NCBI GenBank assembly: GCA_025059995.1
Contig: JANXCF010000005.1
Coordinates: 124,006 to 188,005, forward strand
Origin: Leptospiraceae bacterium
GTDB taxonomy: Bacteria; Spirochaetota; Leptospiria; Leptospirales; Leptonemataceae
DNA length: 64,000 nucleotides
Direction of reading: 5' to 3'
Shown in pieces: positions 1-8,760 of the stretch. The position numbers and the translations under genes were made by a program. Below the pieces are notes generated by a model, which was not told where the DNA came from, did no database searches, and worked only from the letters and a program-made list of their open reading frames with translations. Position 1 is the stretch's first letter. Every line of letters begins with the position of its first letter.

Positions 1-1
1 T

Positions 2-787
2 GTTTCGCGTACTTATCTTGTAGAAGATTTGTCTTATCGAAGTTTTATCGCAGGAGTGGATATTTTACTTCTTACAGCTCAAAACCAAAACGTTGATAAG
101 ATTTATAAATTTTTTTTAGAGAAGTTGAAAAATAAAGAGCTCCCAAAAGAAAGGATTCAAGAGTCATTTCGAATGCAAATGGCGATGAAGCTTTCTTCTT
201 TTTTGTTTCCCATAGAGCTCTTGATGAATGAATACCAAATTCCAAACGATTTATTAGAAAAATACAAGCAACTTTTTGAATTTAAAAATCAGATTTCTCA
301 AAAAATCTATGAGAGAATACAAAAAAGATTCCCCAACATTGAATATCAGATTTCATACGAAGGGATACGTTCTTTGTATAAAAATTTTCCCAAGCTTGAT
401 TTGGATTCTTCAAGAGTTTTTGTTTTTTATCAAAAACAAACCAATTACGAAGAATGGAAAATGATCCAAAATCAAACCCCCGAAGTTATATTTTGGCTTG
501 CTCCCTTTAATGAGTTCGAAATGTGGAAATACATCTTCGAAGAAGATGATTACGTTATCGTAGAAATCAAAAATTCAAACGAATGGAACGAAATCTCGCA
601 GCAGGACCTAATATACAGAAAGCTTATTGGTTATTTTGATGGAGTGCCCTTTCAACCTTTTTTCATAAAAGAAAATCAATATATCATAGCTTCGTTTTCT
701 CCCACTATCACATCCAACAAAGCCATGATTAGAAAAATCATGAATGACTCTATCCCAAAGGCAAGATTAAAATTAGCTCAAGAATAA
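2..787 (+). CDS. C-terminal part of a probable glycoside hydrolase family 3 (NagZ-like) protein, 5'-truncated by the window
   Basis: Frame is open from position 2; 'YRSFIAGVDILLL...ERIQESFR' resembles the end of the GH3 N-terminal barrel (A..AG.D.LL ... RI.ES.). Confidence 0.5.
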   Translation, partial: VSRTYLVEDLSYRSFIAGVDILLLTAQNQNVDKIYKFFLEKLKNKELPKERIQESFRMQMAMKLSSFLFPIELLMNEYQIPNDLLEKYKQLFEFKNQISQKIYERIQKRFPNIEYQISYEGIRSLYKNFPKLDLDSSRVFVFYQKQTNYEEWKMIQNQTPEVIFWLAPFNEFEMWKYIFEEDDYVIVEIKNSNEWNEISQQDLIYRKLIGYFDGVPFQPFFIKENQYIIASFSPTITSNKAMIRKIMNDSIPKARLKLAQE

Positions 788-812
788 GTATTTCAAACAC
801 ATAAAAAACCTA

Positions 813-841
813 TTGACAACTCAAAAAAAAGGAATTATTTT
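813..841 (+). promoter_or_regulatory. sigma70-type promoter of mce/mlaD (probably leaderless)
   Basis: TTGACA (813-818), 17 bp, TATTTT (836-841), 6 bp, GTG start at 848. Confidence 0.6.
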
Positions 842-847
842 TAAGTT

Positions 848-1651
848 GTGAAGTTCGTACAACATTTTATCGTTGGTATTTTATTTGCGGGTTCGTTGGC
901 ATTAGTGGGGTATTTCACAATCGTTTCTGATAGCGGACCTTTTGCACGACGTGGAAAGCAAATTGTTGTTTATTTTGATCAAGCAGAAGGAATCAAGAAT
1001 GGCTCAAAAGTCACAGTGTTAGGAGTTCCTGCTGGAACAGTAGTAGATATGGATTTGGTTTCTGTGGATGAAAATGATATCCCTGTTCCTGATACTTCTC
1101 CTAAAAGGGTTCGTCAACGCGTTGCTGTGGCGATAGAACTAAAAAAAGAAGTAGTGTTTTATGATAACTATCAAATTTCTCTCAAAAATGAGTCTATTCT
1201 ATCAGGAAAGATTGTAGCCATTGACCCAGGTGGATCAGATTTGAAAAATCACAGACGTTTGAATGTAACTTGGTATAACTCTTTGGATATTGAGAGGCTT
1301 GGGAAAAGCGCTATCAAAATGAACATAAACGATATCCAAGAAAAGAAAGCAACGGTGATTCTATCAGGCATTAATGCAGGAGATCCCATTGCAGGCTTAT
1401 CAGAATTGATCGCAGAAAATCGCCATAATGTGAGAAGAACCTTACAAAACATAGCCGAAATCACAGATAAAATCAATCAAGGAAAAGGAACCGTAGGACA
1501 ACTGATTAATGATAGCAAATTATATGATGATGCGAATACTTTAATTTCTAACGCAAAAATAACAGTAAGAGAAATGAGGGAAAATTTAGAAGATACTCGT
1601 GAACAAGCTCCTGTGACAAACTTCATTCGAATTTTACTCACTTCGTTTTAG
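848..1651 (+). CDS. MlaD/Mce family protein
   Basis: N-terminal TM, MCE motif 'FDQAEGIKNGSKVTVLGVPAGTV', 'ESILSGKIVAIDPG', C-terminal helical region 'GKGTVGQLIND'. Confidence 0.9.
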   Translation: MKFVQHFIVGILFAGSLALVGYFTIVSDSGPFARRGKQIVVYFDQAEGIKNGSKVTVLGVPAGTVVDMDLVSVDENDIPVPDTSPKRVRQRVAVAIELKKEVVFYDNYQISLKNESILSGKIVAIDPGGSDLKNHRRLNVTWYNSLDIERLGKSAIKMNINDIQEKKATVILSGINAGDPIAGLSELIAENRHNVRRTLQNIAEITDKINQGKGTVGQLINDSKLYDDANTLISNAKITVREMRENLEDTREQAPVTNFIRILLTSF

Positions 1652-1707
1652 ACAGTATTTTAAAAAAATATTTGACGACTTCATTTGTAGAAAAAAATCA
1701 ATCCAAA

Positions 1708-1780
1708 GCTCCGGTAGCTCAGGGGATAGAGTGGTGGACTTCGAATCCAGCGGTCGCAGGTTCGAATCCTGCCCGGAGCG
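1708..1780 (+). tRNA. tRNA-Arg (anticodon TCG), CCA not encoded
   Basis: Cloverleaf: GCTCCGG/CCGGAGC acceptor stem, GCTC/GAGT D-stem, anticodon loop CT-TCG-AA, GCAGG-TTCGAAT-CCTGC T-arm, discriminator G. Confidence 0.95.
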
Positions 1781-1904
1781 ATCTTGATCAAACTTCGTAA
1801 ACTTCGCTTAAATCAATCCTACATTTCTAACCTAAAACTCTATTAAATTTTATTGCTCGGTTTTGAGTATAAAATTTTGTTTATTTAAAAATGTGGAGGT
1901 AATC

Positions 1905-2390
1905 ATGGCGTTAGAAATTTATAGTCCTTCTTTTTCTCATGGTCAGCTTATACCAGAAGAATTTACTTGTGATGGGGCAGATATTTCTCCTCCCATTGGA
2001 TGGAAGCAAATTCCCAAAGAAACAAAATCTTTAGCTCTCATTATGGATGATCCGGATGCACCCGTGGGTTTATGGGTGCATTGGGTAGTTTACAATATTC
2101 CACCTTTGATAGATTCATTACCTCAAAACGTCTCAAAAAAAGGAGTTGTTGAAATACAAGGACACAAAATCACCCAAGGGAAAAATAGTTGGAATCGTAT
2201 TGGTTATGGAGGTCCTTGCCCACCTGATAAAGAACATCGGTATTTCTTTAAAATTTATGCTTTGAGTCAAGAAACAAATTTTCCCACAGGTCTTACAGCA
2301 AAGGAATTAGAACAAAAAATTTCTTCGATCATTCTTGAGAAAGCTGAACTCATGGGAAGGTATGATTTAAAAAAACGGAGAAAACGATAA
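1905..2390 (+). CDS. YbhB/YbcL family (PEBP/Raf kinase inhibitor-like) protein
   Basis: 'DDPDAP...WVHWVVYNIP', 'GYGGPCPP..HRYFF' motifs; GGAGGT SD before ATG 1905. Confidence 0.93.
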   Translation: MALEIYSPSFSHGQLIPEEFTCDGADISPPIGWKQIPKETKSLALIMDDPDAPVGLWVHWVVYNIPPLIDSLPQNVSKKGVVEIQGHKITQGKNSWNRIGYGGPCPPDKEHRYFFKIYALSQETNFPTGLTAKELEQKISSIILEKAELMGRYDLKKRRKR

Positions 2391-3395
2391 ATGCAGTCTA
2401 TTACCCAAGACAAAACACAAAAAACAAAAATCATAATTGAAGAATTTCAGAGAAGCTACTTTCAGCAGATTCAAGAATTACAAAACAATATTCAAAATAT
2501 TGATTTAGATTCCATTATTCAAGCAGTAGAATTGATACTTTTTTGTGAAGGAAAGTTAGCTTGTTCTGGTATGGGGAAATCAGGTTTGATTGCTCAAAAG
2601 CTTGCGGCAACTTTTTCTTCTTTGGGAACCCCTTCGTTTTTTCTTCATCCTGGCGAAGCTCTCCATGGAGATTTAGGTGTATTACAGAAGAATGATTTAG
2701 TTTTGGTGATTGCCAAGAGTGGAGAGTCCGAAGAAGTCATTCAAATGATGCAAATCATCAAAAAAATGGGAAATCCCATCATCTCTATATTAGGAAATGT
2801 TCGTTCTCGAGCTGCGAAATTGTCGGATGTTGTGATTAATGCCTATGTTCGAAAAGAAGCTGATCCTCTGAATCTAGCCCCTACATCTTCTACCACAGTT
2901 TCCCTTGTGATTGGGGATTCATTGGCTTCAACAGTGGCAAAACTAAAAAACTTCAAACCGGAGAATTTTGCCTTTTATCATCCCGCTGGACAATTAGGAA
3001 AACGTTTGCTTTTGAATGTGGAGGACTTGCTCATTTTGGATCAAGGCTCACCTGTGATAACTTACAATGCCTCAATCCAAGATTTACTCGTAACAATTAC
3101 AAAGCCGAATTTGGGTGGGGCTATTATCGTAGATGAACAGAACAAAGTGATTGGAATTGTCACAGATGGTGATATTCGAAGAGCAATCATGAAGTTTGGA
3201 AATATCTTGAATTGTAGTATTGAGCAAATCATGACGAGAAACCCCATTTGCGTGAAAAAAGGAACCAAAGCCATTGATGCTCTACACATGATGGAGGATC
3301 GACCATCCCAAATTAGTGTTCTACCAGTGGTCGATGAGGATGACCGTCCCATTGGATTGCTACGGCTTCATGATATCGTGAAGGCGGGTTTATAG
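2391..3395 (+). CDS. kdsD: KpsF/GutQ family arabinose-5-phosphate isomerase (SIS + CBS pair)
   Basis: 'GMGKSGLIAQKLAATFSSLGTPSFFLHPGEALHGDLG', 'APTSST', 'HPAGQLG', C-terminal CBS 'GIVTDGDIRR'. Confidence 0.93.
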   Translation: MQSITQDKTQKTKIIIEEFQRSYFQQIQELQNNIQNIDLDSIIQAVELILFCEGKLACSGMGKSGLIAQKLAATFSSLGTPSFFLHPGEALHGDLGVLQKNDLVLVIAKSGESEEVIQMMQIIKKMGNPIISILGNVRSRAAKLSDVVINAYVRKEADPLNLAPTSSTTVSLVIGDSLASTVAKLKNFKPENFAFYHPAGQLGKRLLLNVEDLLILDQGSPVITYNASIQDLLVTITKPNLGGAIIVDEQNKVIGIVTDGDIRRAIMKFGNILNCSIEQIMTRNPICVKKGTKAIDALHMMEDRPSQISVLPVVDEDDRPIGLLRLHDIVKAGL

Positions 3396-3426
3396 AGCTT
3401 GATTCCAGTAATTCCAGTGTTTCTAG

Positions 3427-4452
3427 TTATTTCCAGGGATGATATTTTCGGTATTCTTCTTTGAGTTTTGCTTTGCTTATCTTTGTGTAGATTTGCGTTG
3501 TAGTTAACTTCGCATGTCCTAACATTTCTTGTAGAGAACGAATGTCAAGTCCTTCGTTTAATAAATCCGTGGCAAAAGTATGACGGAATTTATGGGGATA
3601 GATTTTTGTTTGAAGTAGTTTTTGATACCTTTCGAATCGGAATCGAACTCCCCGATCCGTAAGGGGATTTCCTTTTTGGTTTATAAAAAGTTTTTGGGTT
3701 TTGGGCTTTAGGATATCCCGGTTCTGTAAATATTCTGAAAGAGCTGTTTTTGCATAACTTCCTACAAAAATATATCTTTGCTGATTTCTTTTTCCCGTGA
3801 TTAAGATTTCCTCTTGGACTTCGAGAGAATTGTTCTGTTTGTTATTTTTCTTTATAACTTGATGAACCTCCAAAGAAAGTAATTCGTGGATTCTCATCCC
3901 TGAGGAGTAGAGTAGCTCAATTAGAGCTCTATCACGAAGAAATATTGTTTTTTTGATTGGGTCTTTTTCTGTTTTGATTTTTTGATTGATATAATCAAAC
4001 AGAAAAGATAGTTCTTGAGGCTTTAATGCTTCTGGGAGTTGTGATTTTATTTTGGGAAGTGTCAGAGAAACTGGATTTTTCGAGATCAAATTTTGATTTT
4101 TCAAAAAACGATAAAAAGCCTTAATCGATGCAATCTTTCGTCTTTGGGTTTTTGATGAGATTTTTTTAGCTGTTTTTGATTTATCAAGATTGATTCCAAC
4201 TAATTCAAAAAAATAGTCTCGAATATCGTTTGTTTCGACTTTCAAAAACGAAATTCCTTTTTGCTGAATAGCTAAAAGAAATTCAATTGTATCTGAAAGA
4301 TAAGCTCTGATTGTATGTTTGGAGGCATTTTTTTGAATAACTAAGTATTGATAGAATTGATAAAGTATTTCAATTTCTTGATCAGATAAAACTTCCCATT
4401 TATTCGTTAAGTGGAATTCTTTTTGTATATGAATGAACTTTTTCATTAGCAT
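3427..4452 (-). CDS. xerC: XerC/XerD-type tyrosine recombinase
   Basis: N-terminal SAM-like 'SKHTIRAYLSD', catalytic R (SGMRIHE), K (TGKRN), HxxR (PHKFRH), LGH, Y (TTTQIYT); XerC vs XerD not resolvable by eye. Confidence 0.85.
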   Translation of the reverse strand: MLMKKFIHIQKEFHLTNKWEVLSDQEIEILYQFYQYLVIQKNASKHTIRAYLSDTIEFLLAIQQKGISFLKVETNDIRDYFFELVGINLDKSKTAKKISSKTQRRKIASIKAFYRFLKNQNLISKNPVSLTLPKIKSQLPEALKPQELSFLFDYINQKIKTEKDPIKKTIFLRDRALIELLYSSGMRIHELLSLEVHQVIKKNNKQNNSLEVQEEILITGKRNQQRYIFVGSYAKTALSEYLQNRDILKPKTQKLFINQKGNPLTDRGVRFRFERYQKLLQTKIYPHKFRHTFATDLLNEGLDIRSLQEMLGHAKLTTTQIYTKISKAKLKEEYRKYHPWK

Positions 4453-4457
4453 TAGCT

Positions 4458-4476
4458 TAATGAATCATCGTCATTG
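4458..4476. promoter_or_regulatory. palindromic operator-like site TAATGA-N7-TCATTG just upstream of xerC
   Basis: TAATGAATCATCGTCATTG; 16/19 identical to the site at 8732-8750. Confidence 0.5.
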
Positions 4477-4577
4477 TGAATTTTAATTTTGAGTTGAAGT
4501 TATGCAATTGCATCCTAAAACCAGTTTTGTTTACTGTGATAAAAAGCTTATCTTTTATACAAGTATGTAATCTTTTT

Positions 4578-4617
4578 AGAAAATTATTTTATTTCAATCA
4601 GAAAATTATTTTATTTC
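4578..4617. repeat. exact 18-bp direct repeat, 22-bp period
   Basis: AGAAAATTATTTTATTTC at 4578-4595 and 4600-4617. Confidence 0.85.
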
Positions 4618-4645
4618 GATTAGACAAAAAATATGTGGTTCTGAA

Positions 4646-6382
4646 ATGAATAAATATCAGTCTTTAAAAAGGAAGATTCTTTGGCTTTTGATACGGAATT
4701 TATTCATAATACAGCCTATAATATTTGGTTTATTGTTTGTAGTTCTAGGTTTCTATGCCTTTTTTCTCGATCGAAATGAATTAAAGAAAGATGTAGAAAT
4801 TGTAGAAAATGTCTTCAAAAAGAACTTGAATGAAAAAGCTATGTTTTATGTGAATTGGATTGATTACGAAAGCCCCATTTTATACATGTCGGGGAAATAT
4901 CCTGATTATGTTGTTAAGGAGATTGGTTCTTCAATTTACTACATGGATTTAGATTTTTTTGTTTCAGTTTATCCTAATGGAAAAGTAAAAGAACTTTTTT
5001 ATTTTGAAAATTTTAAAATAGCACAACCCCCCAAAGAATTAGTAGATGTAATTTCTTCAATGAAAATTCCTTACATTAGAAAACGTGAGGATTATCAATA
5101 TGGATTACTTCGAGTTCGGGATGATATCTATATCATTAGCATGGTAGGAAGTCTATGGTTTGGGGATGGATACAAAAATTCTTATGGAACCTTTATTTTC
5201 GGTCAAAATATTAAAAAGTTTTTAGAAAAATATATTAATCATCCAAAATGGGATGTCGAAGTAAAATTAACTTTAGAAAATAAATATAAAATTTCAGAAC
5301 GGAAAAGTTATTCGCTTATCTCTCCATTGTATCAAGAAGGCAAGTTCTTGTTAAAAAGTTGGGATGGCCATCCGATTGGGTATATTGTTCTCAAGCGGTT
5401 TAATTTTTTTATCAATTTTTTTCTTTGGGGTAGTTTGGTTTTTATGATTATTGGTGGAGCAGGTGTTTTGTTTACTTTTTTTCTTTTACAGCGAACATTG
5501 GATCAAGCTTTAGTTTTTCGACTCAGAAAATTTAATGAAGAAATCAAAAAAATCAAATCAAACTTAGATGAAATTAGATTTTTACCCTTAGAGGACGAAG
5601 AAAAAGACGAAATTTATCAACTAAAAAGTGAGTTTAATGAATTACTTAACAATATAGTAGAATATAATTCAATTCATTATACGATGATTGAAATGCTAAA
5701 GTTAGAAGAAGAAAGATCAAAGAAACTCTTAGAAAATATTTTACCTAAAAAGATTATTTCCATTATTGATTATGGTAAACAAAATTTAATTGCAGAAGAA
5801 TACCCAGAAGCTACCATCTTCTTTTGTGATATTGTGAATTATACCAAGTTAAGCAAAAAACTAACAGCTGAAGAGTTGGTGCGTTATTTGAATGATTTTT
5901 ATACAGAATTTGATTTAATTTTAGAAAAATACAAAGTAGAAAAGATTAAAACGATAGGTGATTGTTACATGGCAGCAACGGGTTTACCTGATTATGATGA
6001 AAAACACATTGATAATATGATATACTTCGCTATTGAAGTTTTAGAAATCACAGAAAGATTCTCAAAGAAAAATAACATTGATTTAAAAGTAAGAATCGGA
6101 ATTCATAGCGGTAAAGTAATTGGAGGTGTGATTGGATTAAAAAAATACATATTTGATATTTGGGGGGAGGTAGTTAATATTGCGAGTAGATTAGAAAGTT
6201 ATGGTGTAGAAAACCATATCCAACTATCACAATTTTCTTATGAATTAATTAAAGATCCGATATTAAAATCCTTGTTTCATAAAAGAGGTAAAATCATAAT
6301 AAAAAAAGAATTGGAAATCATTACCTATCTAAGTAAATCTTTACATGAAATTAATTCAGTTTTTGAATCAAAAATAAGTTAA
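4646..6382 (+). CDS. membrane-bound class III adenylate cyclase with periplasmic sensor (CHASE4-like) and HAMP-like linker
   Basis: Two TM segments; 'LLENILP', 'IFFCDIVNYT', 'EKIKTIGDCYMA', 'RIGIHSG', 'FDIWGEVVNIASRLES' (K/D = ATP specificity). Confidence 0.92.
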   Translation: MNKYQSLKRKILWLLIRNLFIIQPIIFGLLFVVLGFYAFFLDRNELKKDVEIVENVFKKNLNEKAMFYVNWIDYESPILYMSGKYPDYVVKEIGSSIYYMDLDFFVSVYPNGKVKELFYFENFKIAQPPKELVDVISSMKIPYIRKREDYQYGLLRVRDDIYIISMVGSLWFGDGYKNSYGTFIFGQNIKKFLEKYINHPKWDVEVKLTLENKYKISERKSYSLISPLYQEGKFLLKSWDGHPIGYIVLKRFNFFINFFLWGSLVFMIIGGAGVLFTFFLLQRTLDQALVFRLRKFNEEIKKIKSNLDEIRFLPLEDEEKDEIYQLKSEFNELLNNIVEYNSIHYTMIEMLKLEEERSKKLLENILPKKIISIIDYGKQNLIAEEYPEATIFFCDIVNYTKLSKKLTAEELVRYLNDFYTEFDLILEKYKVEKIKTIGDCYMAATGLPDYDEKHIDNMIYFAIEVLEITERFSKKNNIDLKVRIGIHSGKVIGGVIGLKKYIFDIWGEVVNIASRLESYGVENHIQLSQFSYELIKDPILKSLFHKRGKIIIKKELEIITYLSKSLHEINSVFESKIS

Positions 6383-6407
6383 AAACTGGTATTTCTATAA
6401 AATTTGT

Positions 6408-7406
6408 TTATAAATTTTTTAAGATATTTTCAAAATATCCCAAAAAATTTCTCTGAACTTCTTTGGGTTCAAGGATGTAAACGAATCTTGCAAAAGGAAT
6501 GAAGGTTTCTATTACACTTGAAGGATAAATTGTTCTTATTCTTCCCATCTTCCATTCTCGTTCGTTGATTGTTTGAGCTTTATCTAAAATCTCAAAGTTC
6601 CATTGGTTTGAAAGGTTTAGTTCAACTATTGGATCATAAAGAAAAATAATTTCCATGACTGCTTCAGAGTCGATTTTTTGAAGGATTTCTTGAACTTTAC
6701 TTTCTAACAGTTGGTAGTCAATTGAAATTTTCATTTGGGTCTTTAATTGATTTTTTTGGGGATCAAACTTAACAATTCGATCCAATCGATAAAGTTTTAT
6801 GTCCTCTGTAGAAAATTTGTAATCAATTCCTACTATATATTTTATATTTTGATACGAAGTGGTATCTATAGGAATGATTTTTTTCAATTCAACGTGAGTA
6901 GATGCTGGTTTTTTGTAATAAAATTCGACGATTTTCTTTAAGCTATCTGGTAGCTCTGATTGAATGGCTTTTTTATTGAATGCTACGATTTCAGAAAGTT
7001 TTTCTTCCAGTTCTTCAATACGATAGCGATCGATGAATTTGATGGGGTAAATTTTCAAAATTTTTCTTAATAGATTTTCGTTTGATATGAAATTAGCAAT
7101 TATCTCGAAATCTTCCATGGTGAGCGGTAAGCGTAAATTCGAGAAAAATTTAACAGGAACATTAAATATTAATTTCATTCCATTTTTTGAAGTATAAAAG
7201 TCAATGTTGTAGTGATAATCTTCTAAAAAGTCATTGAGTTGACTAATGAAGTTTTCTATTTCATTTTTATTTTTCGTGGCTAGAATTTCTTTTAGTTTTT
7301 TTACACTGATGCTTGGTTTTTTATTTTTTGATTCCTTTCTTTTTAAAATTTCTATTACGACTGCTAATGCTGATAAGTACTTTATTATGTTTTTTTTACT
7401 TGCCAT
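6408..7406 (-). CDS. WYL-domain transcriptional regulator, PafC-like
   Basis: N-terminal HTH-like region, linker 'LRLPLTMED', 'FYYKKP', 'KYIVGID', 'KLYRLDRI', WCX-like end 'VYILEPKEVQ'. Confidence 0.75.
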   Translation of the reverse strand: MASKKNIIKYLSALAVVIEILKRKESKNKKPSISVKKLKEILATKNKNEIENFISQLNDFLEDYHYNIDFYTSKNGMKLIFNVPVKFFSNLRLPLTMEDFEIIANFISNENLLRKILKIYPIKFIDRYRIEELEEKLSEIVAFNKKAIQSELPDSLKKIVEFYYKKPASTHVELKKIIPIDTTSYQNIKYIVGIDYKFSTEDIKLYRLDRIVKFDPQKNQLKTQMKISIDYQLLESKVQEILQKIDSEAVMEIIFLYDPIVELNLSNQWNFEILDKAQTINEREWKMGRIRTIYPSSVIETFIPFARFVYILEPKEVQRNFLGYFENILKNL

Positions 7407-8562
7407 AAGAACTTAACTCTCTTTCTAAAGAATTGTAAAATTCTATTGTTTCTTCTAAATATTTTTTATAGCTATCGAAAATATCAGATTGTTCTATGTT
7501 TACTACCATATCTGGATATTTTGATATAAATCGAAAAAAACCTTCAGTATTAAATATTTTTACATCCATCGTTATTGTTTTTTCTTTTTCGCTTTTACCT
7601 ATAATCCTATATGTTGGATAATTGTAGTTCGGAAAAGTAAATGGTAATGTGATTTGATCTAAAAACAAATCTTTATAGTAGCTTTTTATAGTAATCTTGA
7701 TTCTCATGGGATTCTTCTCATTGCTAATAAAAAAAGGGTGTGGAAGGTTTCTATAAATATCTCTAATAGGAACAAAAATTTTATTAGATGTATTAGGTTC
7801 ATTTGGATCACCAACAATTTCGACTTTTAAATAAGAGGGATTAGATATTGCTTCATATGATAAAATGTTTGAATAAATAAAATTTCGAATTTCACTTTTT
7901 TCATAATCCCAAGATATCAGGTAAAAAATTCTTAGATTCTTATAAATTATCAAGGGATATATTACTCTACTTATAATATCCCCATTTTTTTTACGATATA
8001 TTATTTTTATGGGTTTTTTTCTTGAGATTAATCTGAACAATTCTATTAGAGGTGTTGTATTGTGATTGTTATGATTTGATTTTGTAAGAAGCCGAAGTTG
8101 ATTAAGGTCTGACTCATTATAATTCTTGATAATCTTAAGCAGCTTTTTTATGAACCTCAATTCTGAGAAAAATAACTTGTAATACAAAGAAATCAGTTTG
8201 TCTCTGTATGCTTTATTGTTAGTGTTTTGGATTTGATACAATATCCCTTTTGCTATTTTCTTTTTTTCCCCTTCATTTAAGACAAGATCTTCTGATTTAA
8301 TTTTTTTACTTAGGTTGAGATTTACGTCAATTCCTAATTCCTGAAGAAAATCCCTATCTCGTTTAAATTGTTTTAAAATAGTTTTCTTCTTTTTTTTATC
8401 TTGACCATAGATTTTTTTTAACTCTCTTAATTTATTTCCTTCTTTATCATTGATTATTTTTTTCACTGAACTGAAGTATTCTATTAGTTCCAAAGTTCTT
8501 TGAAGATTGTTTTGCCTTTCCTTATCATCATTATTACTTCTTTTACTTTTACTTATAGACAT
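7396..8562 (-). CDS. WYL-domain transcriptional regulator, PafB-like
   Basis: wHTH 'KQFKRDRDFLQELGIDV' (PafB-type F.RD...L.+LGI), WYL 'IKIIYRK...RVIYPL...FYLISWD...EIRNF'; AAGGAG SD; 11-bp overlap with downstream WYL gene. Confidence 0.8.
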   Translation of the reverse strand: MSISKSKRSNNDDKERQNNLQRTLELIEYFSSVKKIINDKEGNKLRELKKIYGQDKKKKKTILKQFKRDRDFLQELGIDVNLNLSKKIKSEDLVLNEGEKKKIAKGILYQIQNTNNKAYRDKLISLYYKLFFSELRFIKKLLKIIKNYNESDLNQLRLLTKSNHNNHNTTPLIELFRLISRKKPIKIIYRKKNGDIISRVIYPLIIYKNLRIFYLISWDYEKSEIRNFIYSNILSYEAISNPSYLKVEIVGDPNEPNTSNKIFVPIRDIYRNLPHPFFISNEKNPMRIKITIKSYYKDLFLDQITLPFTFPNYNYPTYRIIGKSEKEKTITMDVKIFNTEGFFRFISKYPDMVVNIEQSDIFDSYKKYLEETIEFYNSLERELSSYGK

Positions 8563-8695
8563 ACAAAAACTCCTTTAATAAATTTAAATTTTATGTCAAC
8601 TTTTCCCAGAAAAATATATCAGAAAAATTATAGTAAAAAATCTTAATCAATTTTTTCTTATGAGTGAACTAAATTGGAAAAATCGACTTTTGTAT

Positions 8696-8723
8696 TTGAC
8701 AATATTTTTTATAAATTTATCAT
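8696..8723 (+). promoter_or_regulatory. sigma70 promoter of ompL1
   Basis: TTGACA (8696-8701), 16 bp, TATCAT (8718-8723); AGGAGG SD at 8750-8755. Confidence 0.7.
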
Positions 8724-8731
8724 AGTAGCAA

Positions 8732-8750
8732 TAATGAATCATAATCATTA
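8732..8750. promoter_or_regulatory. perfect inverted repeat TAATGA-N7-TCATTA between ompL1 -10 and SD
   Basis: TAATGAATCATAATCATTA. Confidence 0.55.
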
Positions 8751-8760
8751 GGAGGAGAGA

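Noticed and set aside
1789..3418. Short doublets AAACTTCG x2 (after the tRNA) and ATTCCAGT x2 (after kdsD)
   Set aside because: Only two 8-bp copies each; expected by chance or slippage
1708..8562. tRNA + tyrosine recombinase + AT-rich block read as an integrated element
   Set aside because: The recombinase looks like chromosomal XerC/D, housekeeping ybhB and kdsD lie between it and the tRNA, and I found no duplicated tRNA 3' end (att) or other mobility genes
4646..8562. Cyclase + WYL genes as a cyclic-nucleotide defence system (Pycsar-like)
   Set aside because: The cyclase is a typical sensor-linked membrane adenylate cyclase, is convergent with the WYL genes, and no effector gene is present
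8574..8601. TTATGTCAACT resembles the XerD arm of a dif site
   Set aside because: No XerC arm ending in ATAA at 6-bp spacing; also explained as a minus-strand TTGACA
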